The position numbers were made by a program, and so were the translations under genes. The notes below the pieces were generated by a model. The model made no database searches, was not told the origin of the DNA, and was given only the letters and a program-made list of their open reading frames with translations. DNA of 63,651 bases, filler included, from Choristocarpus tenellus KU-1152 (Eukaryota > Protista > Phaeophyceae): assembly GCA_964200185.2 (NCBI GenBank). It is 10 parts of 10 records of this genome, joined end to end, with 100 filler letters (N's around TTAATTAATTAA, not from the genome) between each part and the next. Parts side by side here need not be neighbours in the genome. Positions count along the whole stretch, not along the records: positions 37,354 to 40,416 come from CAXNAD020022584.1; positions 40,517 to 46,009 come from CAXNAD020010616.1; positions 46,110 to 52,802 come from CAXNAD020007553.1; 7 more parts are not named here. The stretch is one strand, 5' to 3'. Numbering within the stretch: the stretch's first letter is position 1; every line of letters begins with the position of its first letter. Below are positions 37,693 to 50,226 of the stretch, in pieces.

Positions 37693-38887
37693 ATATTTTA
37701 ATTTTATTGTTCATGTTCCGCGTGAATGGGCAGTCCCATTTGTGCAATGCAGTTTTAACGTTTCCGTTACATGTTAGAGTACACTATGAAACTTTGCAGG
37801 GCTTTTCACCGGGCTGGGCAGTTAGCATGTCCACTGTTGGCTGTAGGATCGTGGGCAGGCCCATAGCCTGGCCATGTTGTAACAGTCGATGGGCATAGAT
37901 AGACTCATCGACTGTTTTCTGAACTTGGTTGTACATGGCTGATTGGCGGCCGGCCCCAGTGATGTTTGAGTAGTGACGGCCATGGACTTGGCCATGTTAG
38001 AATATTTCACCTATGGGCGACTAGGTGATACTTTTTTGACACCCAGGCTGGACACGTCATATGGGTATGCATCCATAGTTTTCATTCACTGTAGTTGTAT
38101 TTTGTATCCTTTATTGTATGTACTAAATATATTTATATATATATATGTATGTATGTTGTTATTTCTATTCTATTTTACTTTTTTACTTTCTTAGAGACTT
38201 CAGAATTGAGAATTGAGCGTGAATACATCATTGTGTTTTTGGTGTTAGGTTAGCTGAGGTGGTTTGTAACGTTGAGACATACTTTGACACCATATACCTA
38301 TACACTGTATTTTCACAATCGTTCATCAAGAGTCAAATATTTTAAAAAACAGGAACTTACGTAAATCAATTGAATTCCATGCATAGATGCCCCCTAACCT
38401 TCTCATTACACACAATTTCATATCGAAAAGTCCAGAGAAAATTCGAAATAGTACTATCTACATGCACATACTACCAGGGTAGAACTGAACCTTTCACATG
38501 GACATGCTTTCCTTCATGGACTAGTACAACACATACCAGACATGGTCAGGATATGGACCAGTTCCATACTTAGTGGACATGAACCAAGAGATGTTAAGTA
38601 AATTTTGGGACTGGACAGGGTTATCTTAATTTGTCAACAAGGTGAAACGCCCTGAAATGATTTGAGGCGGTTCGAGTTGTAGCAGTAGAGGATTATTGAT
38701 TTTTGATTATCATGAGTAGTAAAGAGGTGTTGATTTGATAAAAGCATGATGTGGTACTCAAGTGGAATACACGGAAGATATCATATGTTGTAGCACTGTG
38801 TAAAAGGACCTGGTACCCAGGAAAAAGAGGGGTGAAATGGGGCACATCACTTATAATTGCACATACATACATACATACACACATACA

Positions 38888-39153
38888 GAGTCAAAGTATC
38901 TTAGAGGGTAGAGCAGCATCCGTTTGGGGGCCAAAATCCAACGTTGCGATTTTGATGTAATTTTGGTGATGGTGTTTGTTAGGAAGTGTTAATATCCTTG
39001 TTTGGACACACCTTTTCGTAACGTATACATTTTATTTTACATACTCAGAAACATTTCGGAGTAGGTAAAATGTCATAAAAAAAAACCCGTGGGAAGCCAA
39101 GCCCCAAACAGACGAACAGGGCAAAACTCGTACCCTCCAAGATACTTTCACTC
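38888..39153. mobile_element. MITE family A, TSD TACA
   Basis: Full TIRs, perfect 4-bp TSD. Confidence 0.9.
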
Positions 39154-39548
39154 TACATGCATACACAATACAAGTATCGGGGAGTGTCTCTTCTACTTCA
39201 ATGTTTTCTTTTTAATGTCTGTTCAAGCACATGATACATACATTTTATGATGTAGTGTATATCTGTACCTCTATTTTCTTATTTTTGTTGTAACCCTAAC
39301 CCTAACACAACCCATCCACCGCCTATCGGTTTCGTCCTTTTTCCCTTGAAAGGTTCAGGACTTGTGATGTAGTCACTGACCATTGCACCTCATTGTTCCT
39401 CATTTTGATCTTATCATATTACTATTTCAACCATTTGTATGCCCTGGACTTGGTGTCTCATAATGTATTTTAGTACCTACCTGATGTTGTTGTTAGTCAA
39501 TCATTTATTTCCCATGAACACGTCCACCAATGCCATGTGTGTGTGCAG

Positions 39549-40319
39549 GGCTTGTATACCTCTTCTGTCTTCTTTGTCTCTCATGCGGCAACGCTAGCTA
39601 CACTCTGGATGGGCACAGGCATGGTGACCTCAGGGGAGATGACAGTGGGGTCACTGGCTGCCTTTGGGATGTACACCCACAAGCTGGGTGAGGCCGTGTC
39701 TGATCTCACCGAGGGGGTGTCTGGAGTTGCAAGGTGAAGCATGAAAGACTAGCACAGCGATCCTATTTGTGGGGGAGGGGGGGGGGAGGGCTTGGTGGGA
39801 GGGGGGGAGATATGTTGGTAGTGTGGTGGTTGCTTCCCTTCTTGGTTTGGTGTTTTGCACATATGTGTTGCAGGATAAGGAGCAGGTCTGTATTATCGAT
39901 CCATTCCATTATGTGTCACTTTTTGTAGTGCACTGCTAATACTGTTGTGGCAATGGCCCAGTGGTCGCCCTGGGTCGGCGGTGTCATAGCTTGTTCAAAT
40001 TGTTGTTGCAACCCCACACTCTCAGAACAAAGTACATCAATCTGTACATTGCTCTACAACTGCCCACTACACGTACATGGATATCTTTGCCTAAACTGCA
40101 TCTGTAGCAGATAGAGACTAGCCTGCCCATCGCTTCTGTCCCCAACATATCTCGGTTGACCATGTTTTGGTGTGCCTCTGCCGTCTACTACCTAGAGCAA
40201 AGGGGGCAGGGGGGCGGCTGTTCTCCTTGTTGGAGCGGGCACCGTTGATCACAGAGGGTCACGCCCTGCCCTCATTTCATCTTGAAGGGAGGGTGGAGTT
40301 CAAGGGCATCGACTTTGCA
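39549..40319 (+). CDS. Partial ABCB-type (MDL1/ABCB10/TAP-like) ABC transporter, 2 exons (39549-39733, 40196-40319)
   Basis: ...LWMGTGMVTSGEMTVGSLAAFGMY...|AKGAGGRLFSLLER...LEGRVEFKGIDFA: end of the TM domain and start of the NBD; GT-AG intron with consistent phase 2. Confidence 0.85.
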
Positions 40320-40679
40320 GTGAGTGAGGTGTTTTTTTCTGGGTGGGGGGGGAGGAGGGGGGGGGGTATTATTTATCTACAATTTTTTTTTCACTCACGG
40401 GAAAGAAAGTGTAACTNNNNNNNNNNNNNNNNNNNNNNNNNNNNNNNNNNNNNNNNNNNNTTAATTAATTAANNNNNNNNNNNNNNNNNNNNNNNNNNNN
40501 NNNNNNNNNNNNNNNNGAGTAGGTAGATGGGAAGCTAAGGAAGACAGTACAATATTTGATAGTGGTGAAGTAACTGATTAGTGGTTTCCACACTTACAAT
40601 GTTTTATAGTGTTCTTACGTTTAGGATATTTCCTTAGGGCTAATAACGACATATATATATATATATATATATATAGTTT

Positions 40680-41565
40680 TCATTGGTTTCCCCTCTAACA
40701 CATCTACAAAAAGTCAGAGGGCATAATAATATAATTAATATTTGAAATAATTGTTTGGGATGTTTCTGACATGTGAATAGTTTTCATGAGTTTTTCTCTT
40801 CTTGTCACTTCTGGAAAATATCAGAGGGCAAAATAATATAATATTTACGACTGTCAGATTCTTGGGATCCATCCACACCTCCTCGCCTTGGAGTGTAGGG
40901 CTTAGCTAGGTTGGAGACATAGAAGGGGAGTAGTGTATCATAACTGATAGTAAAATAGTAAGTAACAGAAAAAATATCTTTCAAACTTACGACAACTGAT
41001 ACTTTTTCAGGAGTTGTTCCGATATTGAATTGACTTTCATCGGTTTTTCCCGTGACACATCTACAAAATGTCAGAGGGCATAATAATATAACATTTGCAG
41101 ACACATTACGAGGATTCTTTTGACCCTCTTGTAGTTTAACCTCAATACCTTCGAGGTGGAAAGTTTTGGGCTACACACGCGGTACGGGGGAGAGGAGCTG
41201 GAGGTTACAGTAGGAAAGGAGCTGTCAAATCCTGTTTAGGACAGTGTCACGAGACAAGTAAGTGGCTCTATCAAGACGTGTCATGCATGTTAAGGTGGAG
41301 ACACCAAGGAGATGGGCAAGGAGGGGCCTGCCAGATTCTTGGGATGTTTCTCTACCTCCTGGCCTTGTGGTGTAGGGCTAAGCCAGGTTGGAGGCATAGG
41401 AGTGGAGCGGTGTAGGATAGATAGGTGGTACTCAAATAGCAAATATATTTTGGAAAATATATTTTAACATATACAACACCTACAACTTCTTGAGAAGTTA
41501 TAATTTTGAATTGACTTTTTTCTTTGACACACCTACAAAATGGTCGACAGCATAGTAATATAAAT
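40680..41565 (+). mobile_element. Cluster of 5'-truncated 3' ends of the same RLE LINE family
   Basis: Repeated TACAAAA(T/A)GTCAGAGGGCATAATAAT ends near 40705 and 41062, a degenerate end near 41535, and an FEVESFG segment matching 34600-35095. Confidence 0.7.
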
Positions 41566-43437
41566 ATTAATCATAATATTAATCTTAAAATGACACCTCA
41601 AAAAACACCTACTAAAATATTGTATATTGTATTCTTAAATGTACTCCTCTATCTTGATGTATCACTACAAAACCCTGGTCAAATTTTCGTATTTCTCTTC
41701 TTTGTGTTGTTCTTCTATATCCAATATACATCTGGTTCTTCCTCACCCATCATCTGGGTTCGAAGTATAGGTATAGTAATTCATAATTCGATCTAGCAAC
41801 CAATACTAAATTTAAGATATACTTCCACGTATGATCAACCCACAACTAATGGTTCCATGGTGTATGGATGACGTTAAAGACAGAAGATCCCATAGCACCT
41901 CGTTTGCTTCTCTTTCGTCTTACTTACCAACATTCGTGTGGGTCTATCGTTTTCTTAAATTAGTACATTTCTGTCTTGTGTAGGGTTTGAGGATCTCTGA
42001 CCATCTGGGAAGAGCGACCTGCGATACTGCTGTACCCTGTGCTTTAAATGTTTCTGGCCTCTTCTAGAAAGAGCGTTAACGAGGTTGGTCACTTTGGGCG
42101 ACAACATTGAGGCCATTACTTTTCGATACCATGTTTGGACTGCTAGAGACCAACACAGTGGTGAGGTATGATCCCATGTCACAGCATGCTTTTTGAGATG
42201 TTTCATCTCTCCTTTTCGACGTCTCGTGCTGTTCTATCGCCTTTTCTACATATTGGGAATTTTAGACCTTGTGATTTCTTGGTCTGCTTGAAACCGGTTG
42301 AATCGATACCGAAGGGATATGTCTACTTTGCAACGGTCGGCGCACACCATTGGTGATTGTCCGGTTCGCTTGCCGGATCCAAGATATCTTATAAAGAGAA
42401 GTCTGGTTTACTGGCACACAAGGTTCTACCCAACTGTTAAGTCATCGATTTCAATTTCCAGGTTCTGCTACGCTCTTTCCTTGTAGAAACTACAACCATG
42501 GAAAGTAGGCTGAACAAACGGAAGCACACCGCACCAGAAAGACATTAAATGTTTAACTGGGACGTAGAGAAAGTTGGGAAGGTCGGCAAGAGATGGGCTG
42601 GGTGTCGCCACGATGGGAAATAGGAGGCATGAACCTTGTTACCGTCCTCGGCACGTTGAGACCATGGGTTCGGATAGTCCTGCCTAAAATTGACAAAAAA
42701 AATGTACGCTACCTCATGGTAGGGTGATAGGGCGATCGAAACTTGAAATTCATATCCAATGGTAGCACCACGGTCTTTCACATCCATGACACAACCTCTT
42801 CCCGTTAAAATAATGCAAACCAATAGGTCGTGGCACATCCGCCTCCCAGACCCATTGCGAGGGAGAAGGGAGGAGTTCTACAAGGTAGGTTATTGAAATT
42901 TCTACCAATACGAAGCCCATGAGGTACTGAACAGGTCCAACGAAAGTTTTAGGATTGGATTTTTCTGCCCTACTTGAACATGTCCCTGTCCCATGCTGTA
43001 CGCTCGAAAACCCCGCCCACTCCCCCATCCAACCGAAACATGAATGATAGCTAATGTTAAAATAATGCGCTAATGAGTACCAATCCACCCTTTGAACTCG
43101 TCTCACCAGGTGCAGCTACGTCATGAGCCATTCACAGGTCACAGGTAGGAGAAAGACTGGAACTAACCTCAGAGAAAACAAGTAAATCTACAAATGCAAG
43201 TTGTTGGTACAACTACCTCATTTCCGACATCTGTACATTTGTCGCGGGTTGATTGGGGAAATGATTGTGACAAGTAACGAGAATTTCAAAAGCTGTGCAG
43301 GTGCATCATCTCAAATCCATCCCTAAAAGTGTATCTTTCTCTTCACCTTCAAGCTTCTAAGCTCACAATTTCTACCCCTTATCAGCTGGAGTTCTCCCCC
43401 TGACCCTTGTTTGCTACCCACCTCCAATCTTTTTAAG

Positions 43438-43587
43438 GAGTGTGAGCGTGAATGGCGAGGAGGTTACCTTGCCAACAGGAAGTACATCCCGAGTAGCTTC
43501 CAACACACTCACATTGCGTCTTGGCCGTCACACTTGCAGTGTGTGCATCCGAAATGCCCCTGGCCATCCAGGGCGCAACATCTACAG
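43438..43587 (+). CDS. Isolated candidate exon, unidentified gene (SVSVNGEEVTLPTG...LRLGRHTCSVCIRNAPGHPGRNIYR)
   Basis: Branch-like CTGAC, pyrimidine tract, AAG acceptor, GTGTGT donor, 150 nt open. Confidence 0.45.
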
Positions 43588-45931
43588 GTGTGTATTATGT
43601 AACAGCTAATGTGGTCTATGGGTACAATGTTAGGTTGAACACAGGGCGCTGCAAGCTAAGGGGATATTTAGAGTGGAAGTGTGCACTGAGCCCTGGCTGT
43701 TGCTTGTGCAAGATATTCAAAGCCGTGGGACCTGTGTCTGAAATAGTACATTCCAGCAGCTGCTTGGTTTCTTGTGTGTTGTCACTAAGAAACGTGATTC
43801 GAAGGATGCAATGAGCACAATGCATCATATCTGTTTTGTCAACTTTTTGGTGTTTCTTTTTTTGCCAGTGATATTCCAGTCTCTTGATAGAAATATCACA
43901 ATGCCAACCCCTCCTGTTTATCCACCCAGCCATTGTTCTATGGTTTAGGCATGCTGCATGTTGCCACATACACCAGTATCTGAGACACAAAAGAATCCCC
44001 AATACCTGAATTTCTGTGTAGTAAATGTCTTGATTTGTGGGGAAACATAACCTTAATGAGAGGAGAATGTAGTGCGGCTTCTGACCCTCCTGTGACTATT
44101 AGCCCCCACCCACTACTCTACTATCTATTTGTATTGTGTTGAATGGTAGGAATGCCAAAAATATTAGTATCACTATTAATAATACTAATGTGCATGTGGT
44201 AGTACACAGACAAACATATATTTTTTTACTTTTTATTTGACTTTTTGCAAGGCTCAAGAGTTCTACAATACACATTTTTATGTTTAGTTGGCATAAGAAA
44301 TAGCAGAAGCATGGTTGCAAGTTTTGTATTCGAATTCAAAGACCTACCTGCTATAGCTTTGGGTTACCAATCTGAACGAAAGTGCTATGCCCCACTCCTG
44401 CCTGGCACATGCCTCACAGTTGCTACACAATCCCCAATACTTCCTAGACCAGGTTACGTAACCCAATCCCTCTATCCCTGACTCCCTGATCAAAACCCTT
44501 CTACAACCTCTTTCACCTCCCCTTTCTTCACCCTCCGGTTGTGCCAAAAAATGTACTCAATGTCAGCTGTGTTGTTGATGGGGCCGCGGTGCAGGAACTA
44601 AATGAGGTGGTGGGTGACGGCCCTGAGGGAGACATGGACCACTTCATTAGCTCAGGAGATGTTGGGGTTGAGGGGGTGGGGGTAGCACGAGACAGGTATA
44701 CCCTTTTTAATTTAATTGCTAAGCTGGCAAGGAAGGGGAGGAGGGTAAAGGTTGTGATGGCTGGGAAGGGGGGCTGAAGAAATCAGAAAGAAGTGTGGTG
44801 GATCGTGCTGCAATTTTTTCGCCGTTTCATCAAGGGGAAATTTTGTAGTTTATCATTGTGTTTACTCAATCACTTTGGTGTTAAATCTTTCACATGGGCC
44901 CAAAGAGGTCTGAACCATGATGGGAAATTAGATATGTGGTGCTGTACTTCAGGGTTCAAAAGTCCAGAAAACCTTTTGAGTCCTGGGCTTATTTTTTGGC
45001 CCCTGAAACGCAGCTGAACATGAAGCATCACACATCTGGTTCCTCCAGACCCAGATGATATTGGATTGTCACAAAATCTTTGTAAAAACGACTCTGTGTT
45101 TGAAGAAAGAAAATCAGTCTTGTACTGTGTGAGGGGTTTGTTGAGGAGTATGTAGGGTGTGTCCTGTACATGTCATTTATTTTCTTTGGTGGTTAAAGGC
45201 TGAGCAAGCACTAGGCCTAAGAACTAAGTAGATGGAGTTCCCCAATTTCTGTGTGCAAAATAGAAGTTGTGGAAGCGGTGATGTAAAGTATCCAGTGTAT
45301 TTGCTCTCTTTGCGATGGTCTGAATGTGAGACCTATTGAATACCGTGTAGTAGGTAGTGGTTGATTGTAGTGGAATTTGGTAATGAGTTTTGTAGGAATT
45401 TTGATGGAATTTGTTGGTTCATGGTATAGTGGGATGTATACTTGTGGTCCACAGAGATGATTAGTCAAAAAGTAAAAAGGCGTGTGTGTGTGTGTGTGTC
45501 TTTTTGTTTGAAACAAGTAAATTTTAATTTTTGGCAGGAGGGTTCTTTTGTTAATGCTGAGGCTTGGCTGCTGGAGATGCAAGGTGTTAGATCTTGTGAG
45601 AACACTGTTTCAAGCTTTATCACTGTACTTTAAAGTTTATAGAGTTGTTGTCCTTAACTTTTTCGTCGGAGTGCGAGGAAAAGATTTGTTGAGAGAGGAG
45701 CTGATAAGATTCTGGTATTGTGCTATTTTTTTCTATATCCAAAGTTGATGGATTGAGCTCAAAGCCTAAGGGAGATGCTTCTCTCCAACTTTTCTACCTG
45801 CACGATTCATTGAAAACTTGGTTGAGAATCTTGCATCACAAGTTTAGATACTCTTGTGGGTAGACCTGCTTATCAATTTCTGGAGAATATCCCCAGTGCA
45901 TCTTAGTGCACATTCATAAAGCCCAGAGGAA

Positions 45932-45969
<38 letters not shown>

Positions 45970-46184
45970 GGGGGGTTTTTTTTGTTTGGGGAGGGGAAGA
46001 GGGGGGGGGNNNNNNNNNNNNNNNNNNNNNNNNNNNNNNNNNNNNNNNNNNNNTTAATTAATTAANNNNNNNNNNNNNNNNNNNNNNNNNNNNNNNNNNN
46101 NNNNNNNNNCCCATAGCGTCGTTTTAAGGTCGTTGGATTTGAGTTGTACATCCTGGAAGGTGAGCATTAAGGGGCGCCTGTAAC

Positions 46185-46337
46185 ATAGGTAGTGTGTATA
46201 CGTTATGAAAAGATGTGTCTGGAACAAGGATATTGAGACTTCTTAACAAACACGATAGCCAAAATTGCATCAAAATCGAGACATTTTATTTTTAACCCCA
46301 AACGGACGCGGCTCTACCCTCTAAGATACTTTGACTC
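46185..46337. mobile_element. MITE family A, partial
   Basis: One TIR plus internal homology. Confidence 0.8.
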
Positions 46338-46339
46338 TT

Positions 46340-46485
46340 CGACAACAGGGTGTCCATTCGGGCCCTGACCAGGAGAAGTGCACTACATTATCCATGTGAC
46401 GCAACCAAACCACCCAAAAATTGCGACATGGAAAAATGAGGGCACCGAAAGAACAGCCACCCCCCCCCCCAAGATGCTCTGAGCC
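46340..46485. mobile_element. MITE family B, reverse, partial
   Basis: Homologous to 36033-36199 and 52613-52795. Confidence 0.8.
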
Positions 46486-48077
46486 TAGAGGACACCTTTT
46501 CGAGGAACTCCCTCAAATTGGTCGCATGAACATCCATGGAATAACCGGGAGGATTCAATTACCTTTTTTCAGTACATGATTCAACTACGATTGAAAATCC
46601 TTTTGGGTTCATCCCTCCAATTGGGTACAAACATTTTTGGGATACCCAGATGATGAATTTTTTCTTCTCCCACGGAACTATTTGCCATGATATCTTGACC
46701 AGGCCTTCCTTTTCTCGTGTGCAAACAAAGCCCACATTGGGGGGGGGGGTGACGTAATGGACAGGTGTCATTGGGAGTTCTTACCGGTCAAATTCATGTC
46801 CGAGTGTTACAGCACGCTCTAAAGCTTACCTCGACGGGATGTATAGCTCCGATCCACAGGCCTATAGATGACGCTAATGCTCGTACAAGCCTCCCAGGAT
46901 ACTCCGACAGACAAAAGGTCCAATGAATATCAGGTCGGCAGATAAGGGTACTCTTATGAATGAACAACCATGAATATGAGAATTGGCATCAGCTAAGAGT
47001 GAGCCATGTGGGGGCTTGAGCCGTTTGGGGCCTCTTATCATCATTTACCGTTTTGTTTTTGTTTCAGTTTACAAACGTTGAAATACATCTGAGAACCGTT
47101 GGATACATTTCCAAGTTACGGATCTTACTCATTTACTTTTGGCAAATCGGAGTTCCCCCTTTTGGAGTTCCACACGCGTGTACACCGCTCGCGCTGGTTA
47201 AGTCGCAGGAAGGAGAACTAGCTGCTCTATTTGCCTGCAACACGTGTGCATGCACAAGTGTATTGCGCGCACATTTCTTTGTCATTGGTGTTGTTCACAT
47301 CAAGATCAATCACAAAGATATCCTGAGAATTCCCAGAGCACTTGTCGCGGACGGTCACAATGATGTGACGTCAATCATCGGATCATAAAAATAACCCAGA
47401 TTCATACCAATATTTAATGTTTGTGAGGCCTTTGGGGTTTGCTGAGCCAACCCCACCCCACCCCACCCCACCCCCCTTGGACACAACTAGTTAACATGAA
47501 TTTTCCCATTTCGAGAACATTTAAGCCTGAAGCGATGATGATCATCATGCTTTTTTGAACGTGAGTGAATTTGCACTTTGTTGCATCTCCTCCCGAAGGA
47601 AAATATCGCAGATCAAGGTTCAGATGGAATGGTCTGACTCTTTGAGGGGAAAGACAGGTCGGTATGGTGGATTCTGTTCAGTGGATACTCTTTAAAAGGC
47701 TGCAGAATGTGAAATTGACGGTTGAAAATTGCAACTATTTCGTTACACCCACGCCTTTCTACTGTTGTTGTATTGGTTGTTACATCATATTCCCTCTCAC
47801 ATCTTACTTGGTGTATACCCTCAAAACCGCAGAGTAACGTTTTGCATTAACATTAACCAAGTACTGTTACTTGTATGTGTATGTATGTCTTGGGGTAGCG
47901 AATGTTGGTGCATTCGTTCTTTTTATTCAGTGGGGGTATGCGATGTAAGTGACCAATCACTACAGTATGAATACGTAAGTGAAAGATGTTTTTTTGTGGT
48001 GATGGTGGTGTTGGAGTGAGAACGCAGAGAGATTGTTTAAATGTGATTATGGTGAAGTTAGATTTCCATCGTTAGAT

Positions 48078-48149
48078 TCACGTTTGGCGAAGGGGAATCG
48101 TGTGAGGCTCATAACCTCGAGGTCCCAGGATCGAAACCTGGAGCGTGAT
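48078..48149 (+). tRNA. trnM: tRNA-Met (CAT), initiator-like
   Basis: Cloverleaf: acceptor TCACGTT/AGCGTGA, D-arm GCGA-AGGGGAA-TCGT, anticodon arm TGAGG-CTCATAA-CCTCG, T-arm CCAGG-ATCGAAA-CCTGG (A54/A60 as in eukaryotic initiators); T-rich tract downstream. Confidence 0.85.
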
Positions 48150-48698
48150 TTGAGATTTGTTTTGTTCCTCGCATGAAATATGTACATCCAAGCATTCACG
48201 CGGATGTATGTTACCCGAACACAACCGTAGAACCGTCCCGTATCCTACTAGTATGTAACCATCTCTGGTTTTATGTTTCATTTCAAACTGGTATAGGAAA
48301 TTGCCCTTTACAGTATCATAGGTATGCACAGGAACGCTCAGATATGTATGCCCTTTAACTATCATCGAAAGTAAATGAATACAAATCTGGTAGTATTAAT
48401 TATCTGGAGAAGCATCTATCCCTATACGTGAAGTGGTTAATATTTTTACTCAATACCGATTCAGGTTATGAACTAGAGTTGCACAACAATATGAGTCCCG
48501 TACGAATGGAACCTTCACATGGGTTATCTCAAAGAGTTGCGAGGTACGAACTAGCAATGTTCCAGTATGTGGAAATCTCAGTTCCATACAACATGCAGTT
48601 CATGGCATTTCAACCAAAGTTATCCTCTTCTATTCCTGCTATTCGTTGCCCCACGTCCACCAAAAGGTGTATTTTTCGGACATTTTTTGGAGGGTCGG

Positions 48699-48882
48699 TG
48701 ATCGAAATATCCGGGGGGGGGAGTGGCGGCTGTCCATTCCTGGCTCCTTTCTTCATGTTGTGACTTTTGGGTTATTTGATTGCATTCGTCAGATGGATAA
48801 TGTAAGTGCACTTCTCCTGGTCAGGGCCCGAATGGACACCCTCATGTAGACCCCGCCGCCGTCCCCCCAGATGCTTTGAGCC
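48699..48882. mobile_element. MITE family B
   Basis: Degenerate left TIR; right TIR CCCAGATGCTTTGAGCC. Confidence 0.8.
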
Positions 48883-49969
48883 AGGGTGAGAGTAGGAAGA
48901 TACAGTGGCAAAACAAAAGGCCAAAACAGGCAAAGCATCGAGTCCACAGCAAGAGTTGGAATGGATAAGGAACAGGACTCGAAAATTTGGTGCTGAAATT
49001 GCACGCTTTTTGCTTGCTGCCATTAGTGGCCACTGCTACAATATTGCGTACCTACTAGCTTGCTTGCCTTGATTTGAAGTAGTATCGCTTAAGAATAGGA
49101 GCGCGCGATAAACGTGATACTTCTTCGTGCTCTGTGGTGAGTGTCAACAAGATTTTGAACCTGTTCCTGTCCGTTTACACGCAAACAGTACAATAGACCA
49201 CCTGGTCATGAGGTCATTGTCCGTTGCACAACTACTGACAAACCGTCCTTTGATGCTCCCGCTCCCATTGTAGAGTTGAAGTAAACGAGAGGTACACCGA
49301 GATGCGCAAAATTCGACTATTGACAAATGCGTATAGGATATTATCTGACTTCTGTAAGAACGTTTCAAACAATAGAGAAATCAACGCTCTCAAGTCAAAC
49401 TTAGCGCTTCATCCATAGAAATATGGGTGAATTGCCAAACATGGAAAAACTCGCTTAAAATGGAAAACGACCAATACCTCAACCTCTAGGTGCGTCAGCG
49501 CCATCTATAGGCTTGTAGACTGGAGCTACACATTCCGTGGAGGTAAGCTATGGAGCCTTTTGTAGCACTCTTGTTCACTGCTCCCAAAGACTGGAAATAT
49601 CTGACTTGTCCTTTCCTCCTTTTGTTTCTCCCTCGAGGTACTCAATCGGAGTATCAAGTCTCTCTCCCTTCCCCTTAATATAGTGACATAATAAGTACAT
49701 CTCTTGTTTCCTTAGCCACCTTCCGCCCTTCTGGAACTCTTACAATGCAAGCCTATGCCCGAATAGTGTATCATTGATCTGGTGGCTACTTCTGCATCGG
49801 AATACCGCGATTGCAACGCCGGAGACCCAAATAAACAGTGAGAGCACCAATTCACGACAGTGTGGGTGCGCACATAAAACGGAACCATGATTTTACTTGT
49901 GTGTATGTATGTCTGTCTATTGTTATTGTAGTTTTGTATATACTTACGCACAACTCGGGACATGTCCAT

Positions 49970-50226
49970 GCGCAAAGTACCCCAGAAGGCAAGGCCTCGT
50001 CCATTTGAGGGCCAAAATCCAATTTTGCGATTGTGATGAAATTTTGGCTATCGTATTTGTTAGGAAGTGTCAATATCCTTGTTCCAGTCACACCTTTTCA
50101 TTACGCATACATTTTACCTACTCCGAAAAAATTGGAGTAGGAAAATCTCATTAAAAGGCCCATGGGAGGCCAAGGCCCAAACGGACAAACAGAGCAAAAC
50201 TCGTACCCTCTAAGATACTTTCACTC
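49970..50226. mobile_element. MITE family A, degenerate left TIR
   Basis: Internal homology, intact right TIR. Confidence 0.85.

Noticed and set aside
41950-43150. Coding-like CpG-rich stretch, possibly viral
   Set aside because: No identifiable motif in any frame.
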